From an uncultured Gammaproteobacteria bacterium (GTDB lineage Bacteria; Patescibacteriota; Patescibacteriia; UBA9934), in NCBI GenBank assembly GCA_964582615.1, contig CAZORP010000006.1, positions 3,426 through 67,425 of the forward strand: a stretch of 64,000 nucleotides of DNA, read 5' to 3'. This document shows, piece after piece, positions 10,929 through 21,348 of the stretch; the first letter of the stretch is position 1; each line of letters begins with the position of its first letter. The position numbers and the translations under genes were made by a program. Under the pieces are notes generated by a model. The model was given only the letters and a program-made list of their open reading frames with translations, had not been told where the DNA came from and did not search any database.

Positions 10929-11888
10929 ATGCGAATTGTCTTTTTTGGTACTCCTGAATTTTCACGAGCTTTTCTTGAAGATCTTGTAGAAGATCCTCGT
11001 TTTACCGTCGTGGGTGTAGTTGCTCAGCCCGACGAACCCGTGGGAAGAAAGCGGGTCCTTACATCTCCCCCAACCGTTGCCTTTGCAAAAGAACAGGGAA
11101 TCCCCTTTCTTCAGCCAACAAAACTCAAAACAGAAGAATTTCAGAGAGCACTTGCATCTTATGCGGCAGATGCATTCATTGTTGTTGCGTACGGACGCAT
11201 TATCCCGGAACACATCCTCGCGATTCCTCGCCTTGGAGCTATTAATGTTCACCCTTCGCTTTTGCCAAAACTCCGAGGTCCAAGCCCTATGCAGACCGCC
11301 ATTGCCAACCTCGAAAAGGCGACAGGCGTGAGCATTATGCTTCTTGATAAGGACATGGATCACGGCCCCATCTTGGCGCAACTACCACTTCCACTCTCCG
11401 AAGAAACAACTCTTGAAACACTTGTACACGACGTTGTAACACAGGGATCTCCACTACTTCGAGAAACTATACTAAGCTATCAAGCTGGTACCTGCATCCC
11501 CCAGCCACAACGTCACGAAGAAGCAACATTTTGTCACCTTCTCTCAAAGGAAGACGGAGTCATTACTTCAAAAGATTCTGCGGAAATTCTTTTTGCACGC
11601 CTTCGTGGATATACGCCGTGGCCAGGAGTTCGCACGACCGTCATTCTTGACGATGGAACCTCGCAAGAAATTAAAATTCTCGAAGGACGTCTGGGATCTG
11701 AAGAGATGCATCACTTTACAAAAGAACTTCCTATAGGCGGCTGTGTTGCAAGCACTACACAAGATGCCCTTCTCATTAAAATGTCTTCAGGAATCTTTGC
11801 GATAACCACGCTTCAACCAAGCACAAAACCATCCATGCATGCGCGAGCGTATCTGCAAGGCTACCGACCCGTACGACTTGAACGCTAG
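10929..11888 (+). CDS. fmt: methionyl-tRNA formyltransferase
   Basis: FFGTPEF, NVHPSLLP, MDHGPI. Confidence 0.96.
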   Translation: MRIVFFGTPEFSRAFLEDLVEDPRFTVVGVVAQPDEPVGRKRVLTSPPTVAFAKEQGIPFLQPTKLKTEEFQRALASYAADAFIVVAYGRIIPEHILAIPRLGAINVHPSLLPKLRGPSPMQTAIANLEKATGVSIMLLDKDMDHGPILAQLPLPLSEETTLETLVHDVVTQGSPLLRETILSYQAGTCIPQPQRHEEATFCHLLSKEDGVITSKDSAEILFARLRGYTPWPGVRTTVILDDGTSQEIKILEGRLGSEEMHHFTKELPIGGCVASTTQDALLIKMSSGIFAITTLQPSTKPSMHARAYLQGYRPVRLER

Positions 11889-13517
11889 CGAGAGAGGAAG
11901 AGGATTTTTTTCCTCTTCTTTTTGTTCACTCTCGGGAAAACGAAGCATCATATACATCACCATAACCGTCATGATACCAAGAGGATGATTAAGGTATGGC
12001 GTAATCATGTGAACCCCAAAGAGAAAAAGGAGAACCGTAGTAACGCCAAGCTCCAGCCACACATGAGCAACATACTCCTGAAGTGAAGACCACGCATAAC
12101 GCTTCGTCTTTTGAAGCAAGACTCCAAGAGGAACCACGAGAAGATACGCATGTGCCAAAATACCAAGTGCGCCCATCTTCATCCACACATCAAGAAAACC
12201 CCACTCGTAACGATATGTGGTAAGCTCCCCAGTTCCCCCCGTTGCCTCACGAATACGTGGATCATCTGATGTATACGTCACTTCTTTACCAAAACCCCAT
12301 CCAAGAAATGGATGTTCTTCAAGCGCCTCACGAAGTGGTGGAAGCATGTTATAGCGACTACTTACCGCAAGCGTTCTCGTCGTATCGTGCTCACCTCGAT
12401 AGAAAGGAGATGCTCCGAGATTTGGACGAGAAACCAAGGGAAGTGATACGAGAAGCCAAAAAAGAAGCCCGGAACCCGCAAGTAACACCCCAAGCTTTGC
12501 AAACAGCCCACCAAGCGGTAGTACCACCTCACGAAAAGCGCGTAGGCAGCGTCTTCCTATAGACTGTTCACGCTCCACGTCTCTCACAAAAAGAAGAAAG
12601 AGGCCACCTGTTACCACAAGACCAACTAACACGCCTGCAAGCGCAAAGCTTCGTGACATGCTCCATGCAAATACCGAAACTGCAACACCAAGATAGGCAT
12701 ACTCCTGCCACAATAAAGAGCGTTTAGTGCCAAGAATGCTACAACACATGAGAAGAAGTAGCGTTCCCGCGGAAAGATGTGCTTGAGAAAATACACGGAA
12801 ATACCATGATCCGGAAATAAGAAGATTGGTAAACCACCCTGGACTTGAAAGTAGTGTCACCTCAAAGAGTCTTGGATCTCGCACGAGTACATAGATATCC
12901 CAAATGGTACTCTCTGAACTATGCGTAAAGATCGCGATAAGCGCCCCCGTTATGACAAAAAGTGAAAGTACGGATCCTCCAAGAACCATGAGAAATTTTC
13001 GCTTCAGATCAGGCGTCCACGAGAGCGTCGCAAGTGGGAGAAGATATGCAAGCGTCGCGTAACTATTTGCGTCGTCAAATAATGCAGGAAGCTTGGCGTG
13101 CGTTGCGAGACCTCGAAATATTCCGTACGCCAAAGCACCTCCCCAAATGCATAGCGGAACATCTCGAGATGATGACCACGCAAGACGATACTTCCCCACA
13201 AGCATGCCAAGTCCCCATCCAGCCATAATACCGATCCAAAGAACCATGCGTAGCGATAGCGGTACACCAAACAACGTGGCACTTACAAGATAGCCGTGAA
13301 CGCCAATAAGTACCTCGTACCACGCCAGAAGAAGCGCATGTTCCAAAGAAAAATACGCGAGAAAACCACTTCCAAAGCCAGCAAAGAGCAAGATACCAAG
13401 CGAAAGAGCCTCATGATGAAGTGCAAATCCGGAAATTCCCATGAGCACCAAGCTTCCTATAAGTATTGGCAGGAGTGCTTTTCCAAAAAATTGTTGCCCG
13501 AAAGACGACGGCATCAT
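11787..13517 (-). CDS. O-antigen ligase/polymerase-like membrane protein
   Basis: More than 10 TM helices, SMSRS, HPFLGWGFG; last gene of the glycosyltransferase cluster. Confidence 0.7.
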   Translation of the reverse strand: MMPSSFGQQFFGKALLPILIGSLVLMGISGFALHHEALSLGILLFAGFGSGFLAYFSLEHALLLAWYEVLIGVHGYLVSATLFGVPLSLRMVLWIGIMAGWGLGMLVGKYRLAWSSSRDVPLCIWGGALAYGIFRGLATHAKLPALFDDANSYATLAYLLPLATLSWTPDLKRKFLMVLGGSVLSLFVITGALIAIFTHSSESTIWDIYVLVRDPRLFEVTLLSSPGWFTNLLISGSWYFRVFSQAHLSAGTLLLLMCCSILGTKRSLLWQEYAYLGVAVSVFAWSMSRSFALAGVLVGLVVTGGLFLLFVRDVEREQSIGRRCLRAFREVVLPLGGLFAKLGVLLAGSGLLFWLLVSLPLVSRPNLGASPFYRGEHDTTRTLAVSSRYNMLPPLREALEEHPFLGWGFGKEVTYTSDDPRIREATGGTGELTTYRYEWGFLDVWMKMGALGILAHAYLLVVPLGVLLQKTKRYAWSSLQEYVAHVWLELGVTTVLLFLFGVHMITPYLNHPLGIMTVMVMYMMLRFPESEQKEEEKNPLPLSLAFKSYGSVALQIRSRMHGWFCAWLKRGYRKDS

Positions 13518-14413
13518 ACCCCTGAAGTCTTTTGCGTTCGCTCAGCATGCCATGCTCCAAGATATGCAAGTACCGTTGCAAACGGAGCTAGCGCAGTAAG
13601 CACCGCCCAAACACCTAAGCCATGGTGTTTTTTCATGTACTTTCGCATGCTCTGACGAAACCAGACTTGTTTGCGCAAAAAACCCACACGAGAAAAACTT
13701 GCACCTCTGTGGTGTGTGACCGTGAGATCTGCAAAGTGGCGAATCTTCCATCCGGCATCATGCACCATCTTGCAGTAATCAACCTCTTCAAACCACAAGA
13801 AATAACGCTCATCAAAACGAAGAAACTCTTGCGAGGGCGCTTCGCCCGGGGACCTTTCAAGACCTCGGCGAATCATCATAAATGCCCCCATAATCGACTC
13901 CACGTCTTGCGTTTGATAAGGATCGACGTCATGCATCATGTAGCGCTCAATAGCGGGAACAGACTTCATGACATGAGGAAGTTTGAATAAGATAGGAAGC
14001 TGATCGGAAAGCGTCGGAAAGCGACGAATGCTCTCCTGGAGCGTTCCGTCCGGATAGCGCAATAAACAACTTCCGATACCCACCTCGGGAGCGGCGTCCA
14101 TGTGGGCAACCATACTTGCTAAAACATTCGGCGCAAAAGAGGTATCTGGATTAAGCATGAGCGCATAACGCCCCGTCGCATGCTGAAGTCCCTGATTGGT
14201 AGCGCTTGCAAATCCTTTATTTTGAGCATTAATAATAACCGTAGCGTGAGGAAGTACTTCGCTTACTCTTGTAAGCGTCTGCGCATCGCCTGCATTGTCG
14301 ATGATGATAACTTCATACGTTACACCCTGACTTTTTGCGATACTTTCAAAACACGCCCGAAGAACTTCGGGGGAATTTTTATAGACGATGGTGATTAGTG
14401 AAATATCCGGCAT
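13514..14413 (-). CDS. glycosyltransferase family 2
   Basis: IDNA, NKGF, LNPD, FDERYFLWFEEVD; ATG at 14413. Confidence 0.9.
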   Translation of the reverse strand: MPDISLITIVYKNSPEVLRACFESIAKSQGVTYEVIIIDNAGDAQTLTRVSEVLPHATVIINAQNKGFASATNQGLQHATGRYALMLNPDTSFAPNVLASMVAHMDAAPEVGIGSCLLRYPDGTLQESIRRFPTLSDQLPILFKLPHVMKSVPAIERYMMHDVDPYQTQDVESIMGAFMMIRRGLERSPGEAPSQEFLRFDERYFLWFEEVDYCKMVHDAGWKIRHFADLTVTHHRGASFSRVGFLRKQVWFRQSMRKYMKKHHGLGVWAVLTALAPFATVLAYLGAWHAERTQKTSGV

Positions 14414-14417
14414 AGAC

Positions 14418-15203
14418 TTAGAAAGAAATACTTGGCAGGTGATGTTTTTTTTCGATAATCGCCCGCGCGCTACGATATTTTTCGATACGACGCGGAATCC
14501 ATGGCATATACCTCCAAGGAAAGCTATATGCGAGCTTTGGAAGCCACGAAGATCCAATGCGAGAGACTCCGTGAATTTCCACAGTAAAAAGAAGGTCGGG
14601 AATCATAACACCCCCCTTTCCTTGCCCAAGGAGCGTGAGCCACAAATCCCAATCTTGGAATCTTCGAATAGTCGGATCAAATCCGGGAAAATCACATGCA
14701 CGAAGAAGTGATGTGGTATGGGCAATATTTACTTTTTGTAGCATGTGCGATGACCAAGGAACACCAGGAAATAGCTTCCAACCAAAGCGAAATGTTGCAT
14801 AGGCATAACTCGCCTCGGGGTGTTCACGCAGTGCATGAACCATGCGCTCAAGCATATCTTCCCGAAGTACAACATCAGCATCACAAAACAGCAAAAACTC
14901 TCCCCGAGCCTCTTGAGCACCGCGATTTCTTGCGGGATTTGATCCTTGGTTTTTCTGTGTAATGAGTGTTATTCGATCACGCCAAGGAGCAAGTGCCTCA
15001 GCAAGGTCATCAGACGATCCATCATCTACAACAATAACCTCATATGCAGTGTACGTCTGAGCAAAAATTGAACGCAAACACCCCGGCAGTGCCGATGCAT
15101 GGTTGTACACGGGAATAATAAGAGAAATGTATCCGGGAATCACAGATATTGCTAATGATGACATCATACAAGAGGCCTCTGTATTTGTCATAACGTTACC
15201 CAC
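14418..15203 (-). CDS. glycosyltransferase family 2
   Basis: ISLIIPVYN, VDDGSSD, DADV, QDWDLW. Confidence 0.92.
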   Translation of the reverse strand: MGNVMTNTEASCMMSSLAISVIPGYISLIIPVYNHASALPGCLRSIFAQTYTAYEVIVVDDGSSDDLAEALAPWRDRITLITQKNQGSNPARNRGAQEARGEFLLFCDADVVLREDMLERMVHALREHPEASYAYATFRFGWKLFPGVPWSSHMLQKVNIAHTTSLLRACDFPGFDPTIRRFQDWDLWLTLLGQGKGGVMIPDLLFTVEIHGVSRIGSSWLPKLAYSFPWRYMPWIPRRIEKYRSARAIIEKKHHLPSISF

Positions 15204-16356
15204 CCTTTTGCGTCGTAAAATACTCTACTGCTTCGCGGTAGGTTTTTGCAAAATTTTCAGGCGTTGCTATACGCAATGCATGCACCCTTCCCTCTTTACC
15301 ATAGCGTGAAGAAATTTCTGGATACAGAGAAAGATAATGGAGGCCCTCACACAAGGCCGCGTGAGTATCATCCACCAAAAGTCCCGTTCGCTCATGTAGC
15401 ACAATCTCATCAACACCGGGAACGCGCGTGGCAAGAACCGGGAGACCAAATAGTGCCGCTTCGGCATACACAATGCCAAACCCCTCACGATCCTCCCCCG
15501 GTGTCCATGTTGTTGGCATGACAAAAACGTCGTGCTGACTATAGATCTCAGGGAGACGCTCCGTGGCAATATCGGTCAAAATTTTCACACGATCCGCAAG
15601 TCCAAATTCAGCAATGGTACGAAGCAGTTCTTCCTTACAGGGACCGTTACCGACAATGGTATATGTCCATGACGAAGGGAGATCTCGCAATGCCTCTAAG
15701 ACTTTTTTATGCCCCTTTCTCGCCACAAGCCGTCCAACGGTAAGAAGACGAAGGCCTCTAGAAACATCCGCAGAGGGTTCTTCGGGGGGAATAATTGCCA
15801 CGCCAGCACCAGAACTCTGTACCGCGGCGTGAGTGAGAAATTTCATCAACTCCTGAGGTGAACGATAAAGAATGCCTTTATGCAATTTTTCAGATGCGCG
15901 CACGAGTTCTTCGGAGACACACGGGTAAACAACACGAATTTTCTCTGGAGAAATACCGTAACCAGCAACTTCTTTTGCAAGTGCATTGCTGTTCACAATA
16001 ACTCCTTGAGCACGCCGAAGAACCCATGAAAATCTTCGCGAGCGCAAAGGTGTATTTCGCGCACGATCAACGTCGAGTCCATGAAGATGGATAAGATAAT
16101 CCCAAGGCCTGAGAAGCGTCGCGTATGCACATGCTGTACCAAGAGGAAAAACATGATTAATAAGTACAGTTCCCGAAAACTTCTTAGGGATATTTTGTAA
16201 AAAAAACTTTATTGCGGTCATTGTTGAAATCCGCCAAGGAAGTTCTTCATACCGAAGTTCAGGATAGGCCTTTATAATTGCCTCTTGGTACCGCGCAACT
16301 CCCCCATTGGTCAATCGACCGTCACTTGCGAGTGTCGTGAGAAAAAGATTTACCAT
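15196..16356 (-). CDS. glycosyltransferase family 4
   Basis: VGRLVARKG and EGFGIVYAEA motifs. Confidence 0.92.
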   Translation of the reverse strand: MVNLFLTTLASDGRLTNGGVARYQEAIIKAYPELRYEELPWRISTMTAIKFFLQNIPKKFSGTVLINHVFPLGTACAYATLLRPWDYLIHLHGLDVDRARNTPLRSRRFSWVLRRAQGVIVNSNALAKEVAGYGISPEKIRVVYPCVSEELVRASEKLHKGILYRSPQELMKFLTHAAVQSSGAGVAIIPPEEPSADVSRGLRLLTVGRLVARKGHKKVLEALRDLPSSWTYTIVGNGPCKEELLRTIAEFGLADRVKILTDIATERLPEIYSQHDVFVMPTTWTPGEDREGFGIVYAEAALFGLPVLATRVPGVDEIVLHERTGLLVDDTHAALCEGLHYLSLYPEISSRYGKEGRVHALRIATPENFAKTYREAVEYFTTQKGG

Positions 16357-16365
16357 ACCGCGACA

Positions 16366-17844
16366 TTACGCACTCCTCTTCACAAGTCGACGAACGGTGT
16401 GCACATGATCGGAAGTAATACCCCCAAACATCCATCCACAACAAAAGAAGATCCCTGCTCCAAGGGGAATAACAAGAATCCAAGCAAGTGGATGAATGTA
16501 CGTCACCGCAAGAACCTTCATTCCCACAACGCTCAGAGCCATAATAATTCCCGAGAGCGTAATGCCTCCTACGCGCAACAACCAATCCTTCAGCGAAAGC
16601 TCAATGACCTGGCGAGCAAAGAAGATACCTACACAAAAAAGAAGCACAAAGGTCATGACCGCCGCATATGCCGCTCCAACAATGCCGAACTCACGAATAA
16701 GTATCATGTTTGCACAGGCATTACAGACCATGGCAAGTCCCATGGCGAGCGTTTTTTTTGCCTGAAGGCCTGAAGCATTCAAGAGCGAACCTACGGGAAA
16801 ATCAAGAAAAATAAACCAAAGTCCCAACAGAAGAACTCTCAGAACAGGAACAGCTTCACGATATCGATCTCCATAAAACATACCGATAACCTCGGGTGCA
16901 AGTGCCCAAAGTCCCCCAATAACCGGAGCCGCGAGAAGCGCCACATACCACTCCGCCTGAAGAAACGTTTCGCGCAATTGACGAGCGTCGTTAATTTGAG
17001 CGCTCATTGCAGGGTAGAGCGCTCCAACAAATGCTAGCGGAAGAAATTGAAATGCATACGTGAGTTTATAGGCAACGCTATACGTTCCAACCGCACCCTG
17101 CCCCAAAATTCTTGTAATCGTAAACGAATCAATATACGAGTAGAGCTTTACAAAGATTGCCGCCAAGAAGAACATGAATCCCATGCGTAAAGGCCTAACC
17201 CCCATGGTCCAGGCAGGGATAAGCGCCTGAGTGCCGAGTCTTTTTGCAACGTGATACGCCGCAAAAACAGCATTCCAAGTACTTCCCACAATAAGCGCCA
17301 AAATCAACAGTCGCAAATCACCGGAAAAAAATATCAGGGAAGCGCCTCCCACAAGTGCTGTAAGTGTTTGACCAAGAAGCACACCAAGAGCCTCATACTT
17401 GACCACATGGAGCCCTCGAAGGACCCCATACCAGGTTACAGAAAGCGTATCCATGATCATGACGACGATTGCAAGATGCACAAGTTCAGCCGCTTCATGA
17501 GAAAAGTGCAAAACAGGGGGAAGAAAAAATCCTAACAAAACCGTTATCGGCATGGCGCACAATTTCCATCCAAGAACACTGCGAAGAAGATCCTTTGCCT
17601 TTTCAGGAGCACGGGCAACCTCGCGAATGACAACCGAGGTCATGCCAAGATCGTCAAGGACACCAACTGTCGTTGTAAGGGCAAGAGCAAGAAAATACGC
17701 GCCAAGTAAACGTTCGTCGCCAAGTCTTGCGGCAATAAACGCGAAGTATATAAACGCAAGCGCCTTTTGCCCAACGGAGGCAATCGTAAGAAGAAAAGCA
17801 TTTTTTGCAAGAACCGACATATGCGCTGAGTATATCTTTCTCAT
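16366..17844 (-). CDS. polysaccharide flippase (Wzx/MOP family)
   Basis: Multi-TM protein, DLGM..REVAR, VGTYSVAYK. Confidence 0.88.
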   Translation of the reverse strand: MRKIYSAHMSVLAKNAFLLTIASVGQKALAFIYFAFIAARLGDERLLGAYFLALALTTTVGVLDDLGMTSVVIREVARAPEKAKDLLRSVLGWKLCAMPITVLLGFFLPPVLHFSHEAAELVHLAIVVMIMDTLSVTWYGVLRGLHVVKYEALGVLLGQTLTALVGGASLIFFSGDLRLLILALIVGSTWNAVFAAYHVAKRLGTQALIPAWTMGVRPLRMGFMFFLAAIFVKLYSYIDSFTITRILGQGAVGTYSVAYKLTYAFQFLPLAFVGALYPAMSAQINDARQLRETFLQAEWYVALLAAPVIGGLWALAPEVIGMFYGDRYREAVPVLRVLLLGLWFIFLDFPVGSLLNASGLQAKKTLAMGLAMVCNACANMILIREFGIVGAAYAAVMTFVLLFCVGIFFARQVIELSLKDWLLRVGGITLSGIIMALSVVGMKVLAVTYIHPLAWILVIPLGAGIFFCCGWMFGGITSDHVHTVRRLVKRSA

Positions 17845-17868
17845 AGCATTCCTACAATTGGGTATACT

Positions 17869-20184
17869 ATGGGCAATATGACGGAAAAGATCCCACTACC
17901 ACTTCCACCACGCCACCCCGAAGGAACGCCTGGCATGGCTACTAAAAATACTCTTCAAATTCCTCTCGCGGATCAATCTCGCGATTCTTTCGAGGGTACC
18001 GGCCAACAATCCGATGACATGTTAGGAGATGGTAGCAAACAATACGACCTCCTCTCTGAACATATTTCCGTATCTCCAAACGAAGAACGTATTCTTGAGT
18101 ATATATACAGAAATCTACACGAGAAAATTGCATTAAGTGAACTACGATCGGGAATCGGATGGAAGAAGCTTCTAATATTGGCACAGCAGACGGCAGAAGA
18201 CCTTTACAAAAACTATCACATAACTGACTCGGATGCATTGTTTAATGGCGTCAGACCAGTGCACGATCATCTCAATCCCGCTAATAATGAAGAATTTGAA
18301 TCACTATTCCTTGCGAAAATAAAAGAAAAACTCTTCACTCTCCATCACTTATCAAGTGGCGAGGTAATTCATTTAGGTGAGGCGGATATAAAAGACTACC
18401 CTGAACGCCACCATCCATCACCAGAACAACAGGCCACTCAACCACCAACAGCGCCAAACACAACCGAGGATTTTACTTCCGAAGGAAAAAAAAGACGGGA
18501 AACCGTTGAGCGCGCAAAATCAGACGCGGAAAAGGATTTTAGACGTCTAAAGAAAAGATCTATAGCACTTCTTCTGAAAAACAATATTCCCCACGACACA
18601 GAAGATGAGTATTACAAGTCTCTCTACCATCATTTTTTAGGTAAAAAATACGAGGAGTGGTTAAGAAGTCGCATGACCCCATTAATGAAGGAAAACTTCG
18701 TGAAAACCTGGCAACAATACGAAAGCGACATCGACAGTCTCAACAACCCTCAAGCAGGAATAGAAGAATGTAAAAGACTTATCGAGATTTTCACGGAACA
18801 GTTAACCAACGTGGGGCAAAACTTCGCAATTTTCATCCTCCCTCTCCTTGAAAAAAAGAAAGAATCCCTTGAGGAGAAGGGGCTCGAAGAAATTTCCATC
18901 CCCGATGATTACACTGATGAAATCCCCACCGAAACCAAAACAAGGCCCCTTCAAGTTAATTTTGGAAATCCCTTTGGAGATCCCACAGGAAACACGCCAA
19001 AACCCCTCATCCCCGTTTCAAGAGATCCCTACGAGGATGCTCGGGAAGGAGTTCGCCGGCTCTTTGAAGAATTTTCTCCAGAATTTCCAGGAAATGGAAA
19101 CGCCCCTTTCAACAATACTCTTAATACCCAAAAAGACAGGCTTCAAGAAGCCCTTGGAACAACAACATCTCGTCCATTCTCCATGGGGAAAGATGATTAT
19201 CAAAAACTAGGATTCTTTGATCGCATTAGTGACACCCTTGGACGATTTGGAAAATCCGTAGCTCTCTTCCTGGGAATTGGATCATTTTTTTATGGAGGAA
19301 TCAAAAAGCTTGAAGAGGACTACCAGAGAATACAGGACGCCCGTTCCGAAGACACCGGAACACAAGAAAAAGCTCCTTCAAGAGAAATTCCTCCATTCAC
19401 ACCAGAAGAATTCCTCACACCAAAAACTCCCTCTTCGGAGAGCGTCCGCCACGAACCCCATCCTGACATTTATCAGGTTAGCGCAGGTGATAACCTCTGG
19501 GGAATCGTAAAAAATCTCATGCAAGAACATCGCGTAACGTTTGCGACCCCCAAGGAAGAGATTTCCTTTATCATCACCTGCATTCGCTACCTGAAAGATC
19601 TCAATCCCCACCTTGAACACTCCCCTCTTCAAGCGCAAACCCAACTTAATATCACTGGACTTGGTGAATATATTGAAAGCTTCTCTCCGGAAGAAAATCT
19701 CACTACCTCCACCGGTGAAACATTAGGCTCTAGCGAAGAGCAAGAGATCGTCTCAGAAGAAGATGAGTCATCCATTCCGCAAACAACCTCGGGATATCGA
19801 GAGCGCGACGCCGCTATAAGGAAACTTCTAGAACAAGCTCACCTCTCACCTCTTGAAGGAAGCACTGAATATCGATTCGCCCTCAGTAAAGGCGAGACGA
19901 TCTGGACAACCGCTCGAACACTTGCCCTTAGCGGCGGCTTGCGAGGAACTACAGCGCAAACAAACTGTCTCACCGCAATTATTCTTCAGGAATCTGGCAT
20001 TACCCCACGCCAAGCGCTTTCCTTAAAGGCGCAGGGCGAGCGAGGATTTGACCCAGAGAAACATAGCTTCGTCATCACCGAAACTCTTACTCAGGCGATA
20101 CACGACCTTGCCAAAGGAAAGACTCCGCAAACCGTTGCACGATCCTGTGGCGTCGAAGATCGTTACCGAAAGTTACAACAATAA
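17869..20184 (+). CDS. large hypothetical protein with one TM helix and LysM-like segments
   Basis: 771-aa ORF; YQVSAGDNLWGIVK and LSKGETIWT resemble LysM starts. Confidence 0.55.
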   Translation: MGNMTEKIPLPLPPRHPEGTPGMATKNTLQIPLADQSRDSFEGTGQQSDDMLGDGSKQYDLLSEHISVSPNEERILEYIYRNLHEKIALSELRSGIGWKKLLILAQQTAEDLYKNYHITDSDALFNGVRPVHDHLNPANNEEFESLFLAKIKEKLFTLHHLSSGEVIHLGEADIKDYPERHHPSPEQQATQPPTAPNTTEDFTSEGKKRRETVERAKSDAEKDFRRLKKRSIALLLKNNIPHDTEDEYYKSLYHHFLGKKYEEWLRSRMTPLMKENFVKTWQQYESDIDSLNNPQAGIEECKRLIEIFTEQLTNVGQNFAIFILPLLEKKKESLEEKGLEEISIPDDYTDEIPTETKTRPLQVNFGNPFGDPTGNTPKPLIPVSRDPYEDAREGVRRLFEEFSPEFPGNGNAPFNNTLNTQKDRLQEALGTTTSRPFSMGKDDYQKLGFFDRISDTLGRFGKSVALFLGIGSFFYGGIKKLEEDYQRIQDARSEDTGTQEKAPSREIPPFTPEEFLTPKTPSSESVRHEPHPDIYQVSAGDNLWGIVKNLMQEHRVTFATPKEEISFIITCIRYLKDLNPHLEHSPLQAQTQLNITGLGEYIESFSPEENLTTSTGETLGSSEEQEIVSEEDESSIPQTTSGYRERDAAIRKLLEQAHLSPLEGSTEYRFALSKGETIWTTARTLALSGGLRGTTAQTNCLTAIILQESGITPRQALSLKAQGERGFDPEKHSFVITETLTQAIHDLAKGKTPQTVARSCGVEDRYRKLQQ

Positions 20185-20185
20185 C

Positions 20186-20218
20186 AAAAACGCCATCTCG
20201 CAAGGAGATGGCGTTTTT
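20186..20218. terminator. bidirectional intrinsic terminator
   Basis: AAAAACGCCATCTC-gcaag-GAGATGGCGTTTTT. Confidence 0.85.
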
Positions 20219-20243
20219 CTTTTTATCAAAGCACCCGCGTTCT

Positions 20244-20636
20244 TTAACGCTTGCGCCACTGAGTTCCACGGCGTGCACCGCGAAGACCTGGCTTTTTGCG
20301 TTCCTTCTTGCGAGGATCGCGAGTCAAAAGCCCTGGAGACTTGAGTGCTGGCTTTGTGGTTTCATCCATCTTTACCAACGCACGAGCAATAGCAAGGCGT
20401 GCGGCATCTGCTTGACCTACAACGCCACCTCCCTGGGTCTTAAGGTCAACATTCACCGCGTCACGCTTACCAGCCTCCTGAAGAGGGCGCGTTACCATAA
20501 GGCGCAATGCCTCTGTTGGGAACACCTCTTCAAAAGTCTTGCCGTTTACCGTCACAACACCTGCTCCTGCCGCGCTGAGGCGAGCCTGAGCAACTGCCGT
20601 CTTGCGGCGTCCTACCGCATGAAAATACTGTGCCAT
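20244..20636 (-). CDS. rpsI: 30S ribosomal protein S9
   Basis: GRRKTAVA, GGGVVGQ, KERKKPG. Confidence 0.97.
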   Translation of the reverse strand: MAQYFHAVGRRKTAVAQARLSAAGAGVVTVNGKTFEEVFPTEALRLMVTRPLQEAGKRDAVNVDLKTQGGGVVGQADAARLAIARALVKMDETTKPALKSPGLLTRDPRKKERKKPGLRGARRGTQWRKR

Positions 20637-20641
20637 AGAGA

Positions 20642-20995
20642 TTAGGAAATCATGAGACGCTTCATGCGTTCTTCACGGTGCTTGTTCTTAGGAAGCATAC
20701 GAGAAACCGCCGCGCGAAGCACAAGTGCAGGATCTTGTTCCCACAACTGGCGCATGGTACGTGCCTTAATTCCACCTGGGAATCCCGAGTGATGGTGATA
20801 TACCTTCTGCTCGTATTTCTTTCCCGTCACCTGCATGTTTGCAACATTGGTAACAACGATGTTGTCGCCAAGATCAAGGTGAGGCTGGAAGGAAGCGCTG
20901 GTCTTGCCCGTCAAATGACGAGCAATGTCGCTTGCCAATCGGCCAAGAACCTTTCCCGATGCATCAACGGTATAAGTTTTGCGATCGATAGTCAT
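20642..20995 (-). CDS. rplM: 50S ribosomal protein L13
   Basis: LGRLAS, HHSGFPGG, MLPKN. Confidence 0.97.
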   Translation of the reverse strand: MTIDRKTYTVDASGKVLGRLASDIARHLTGKTSASFQPHLDLGDNIVVTNVANMQVTGKKYEQKVYHHHSGFPGGIKARTMRQLWEQDPALVLRAAVSRMLPKNKHREERMKRLMIS

Positions 20996-20996
20996 A

Positions 20997-21347
20997 CTAT
21001 ACTAATTCAAGGATTGCCGTTTCTGCCGCATCACCTTGGCGTGGGCCCATTTTGATAATGCGAGTGTATCCACCCTTACGATCTTGGAAACGAGGACCGA
21101 GAACTTCGAGCATCTTGTTCACCGAACCTTCGGTTGAGAAGAATGCGAGAAGACGGCGACGTGCATGAAGCGTAGGAGTCTTTGCAACGGTCACCAATTT
21201 TTCAAATTGCTGACGTGCAACTTTTGCACGAACCAAAGGCACTTCAATACGCTCATGCGTAACAAGTGCGGTTACCAAGTCGCGAATAAGCGCCTTGCGT
21301 AACGGAGCCTTGCGGCTCAAGATTTTATTTTTATTGCGATGACGCAT
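20997..21347 (-). CDS. rplQ: 50S ribosomal protein L17
   Basis: MRHR N-terminus, GGYTRI, RQGDAA. Confidence 0.97.
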   Translation of the reverse strand: MRHRNKNKILSRKAPLRKALIRDLVTALVTHERIEVPLVRAKVARQQFEKLVTVAKTPTLHARRRLLAFFSTEGSVNKMLEVLGPRFQDRKGGYTRIIKMGPRQGDAAETAILELV

Positions 21348-21348
21348 A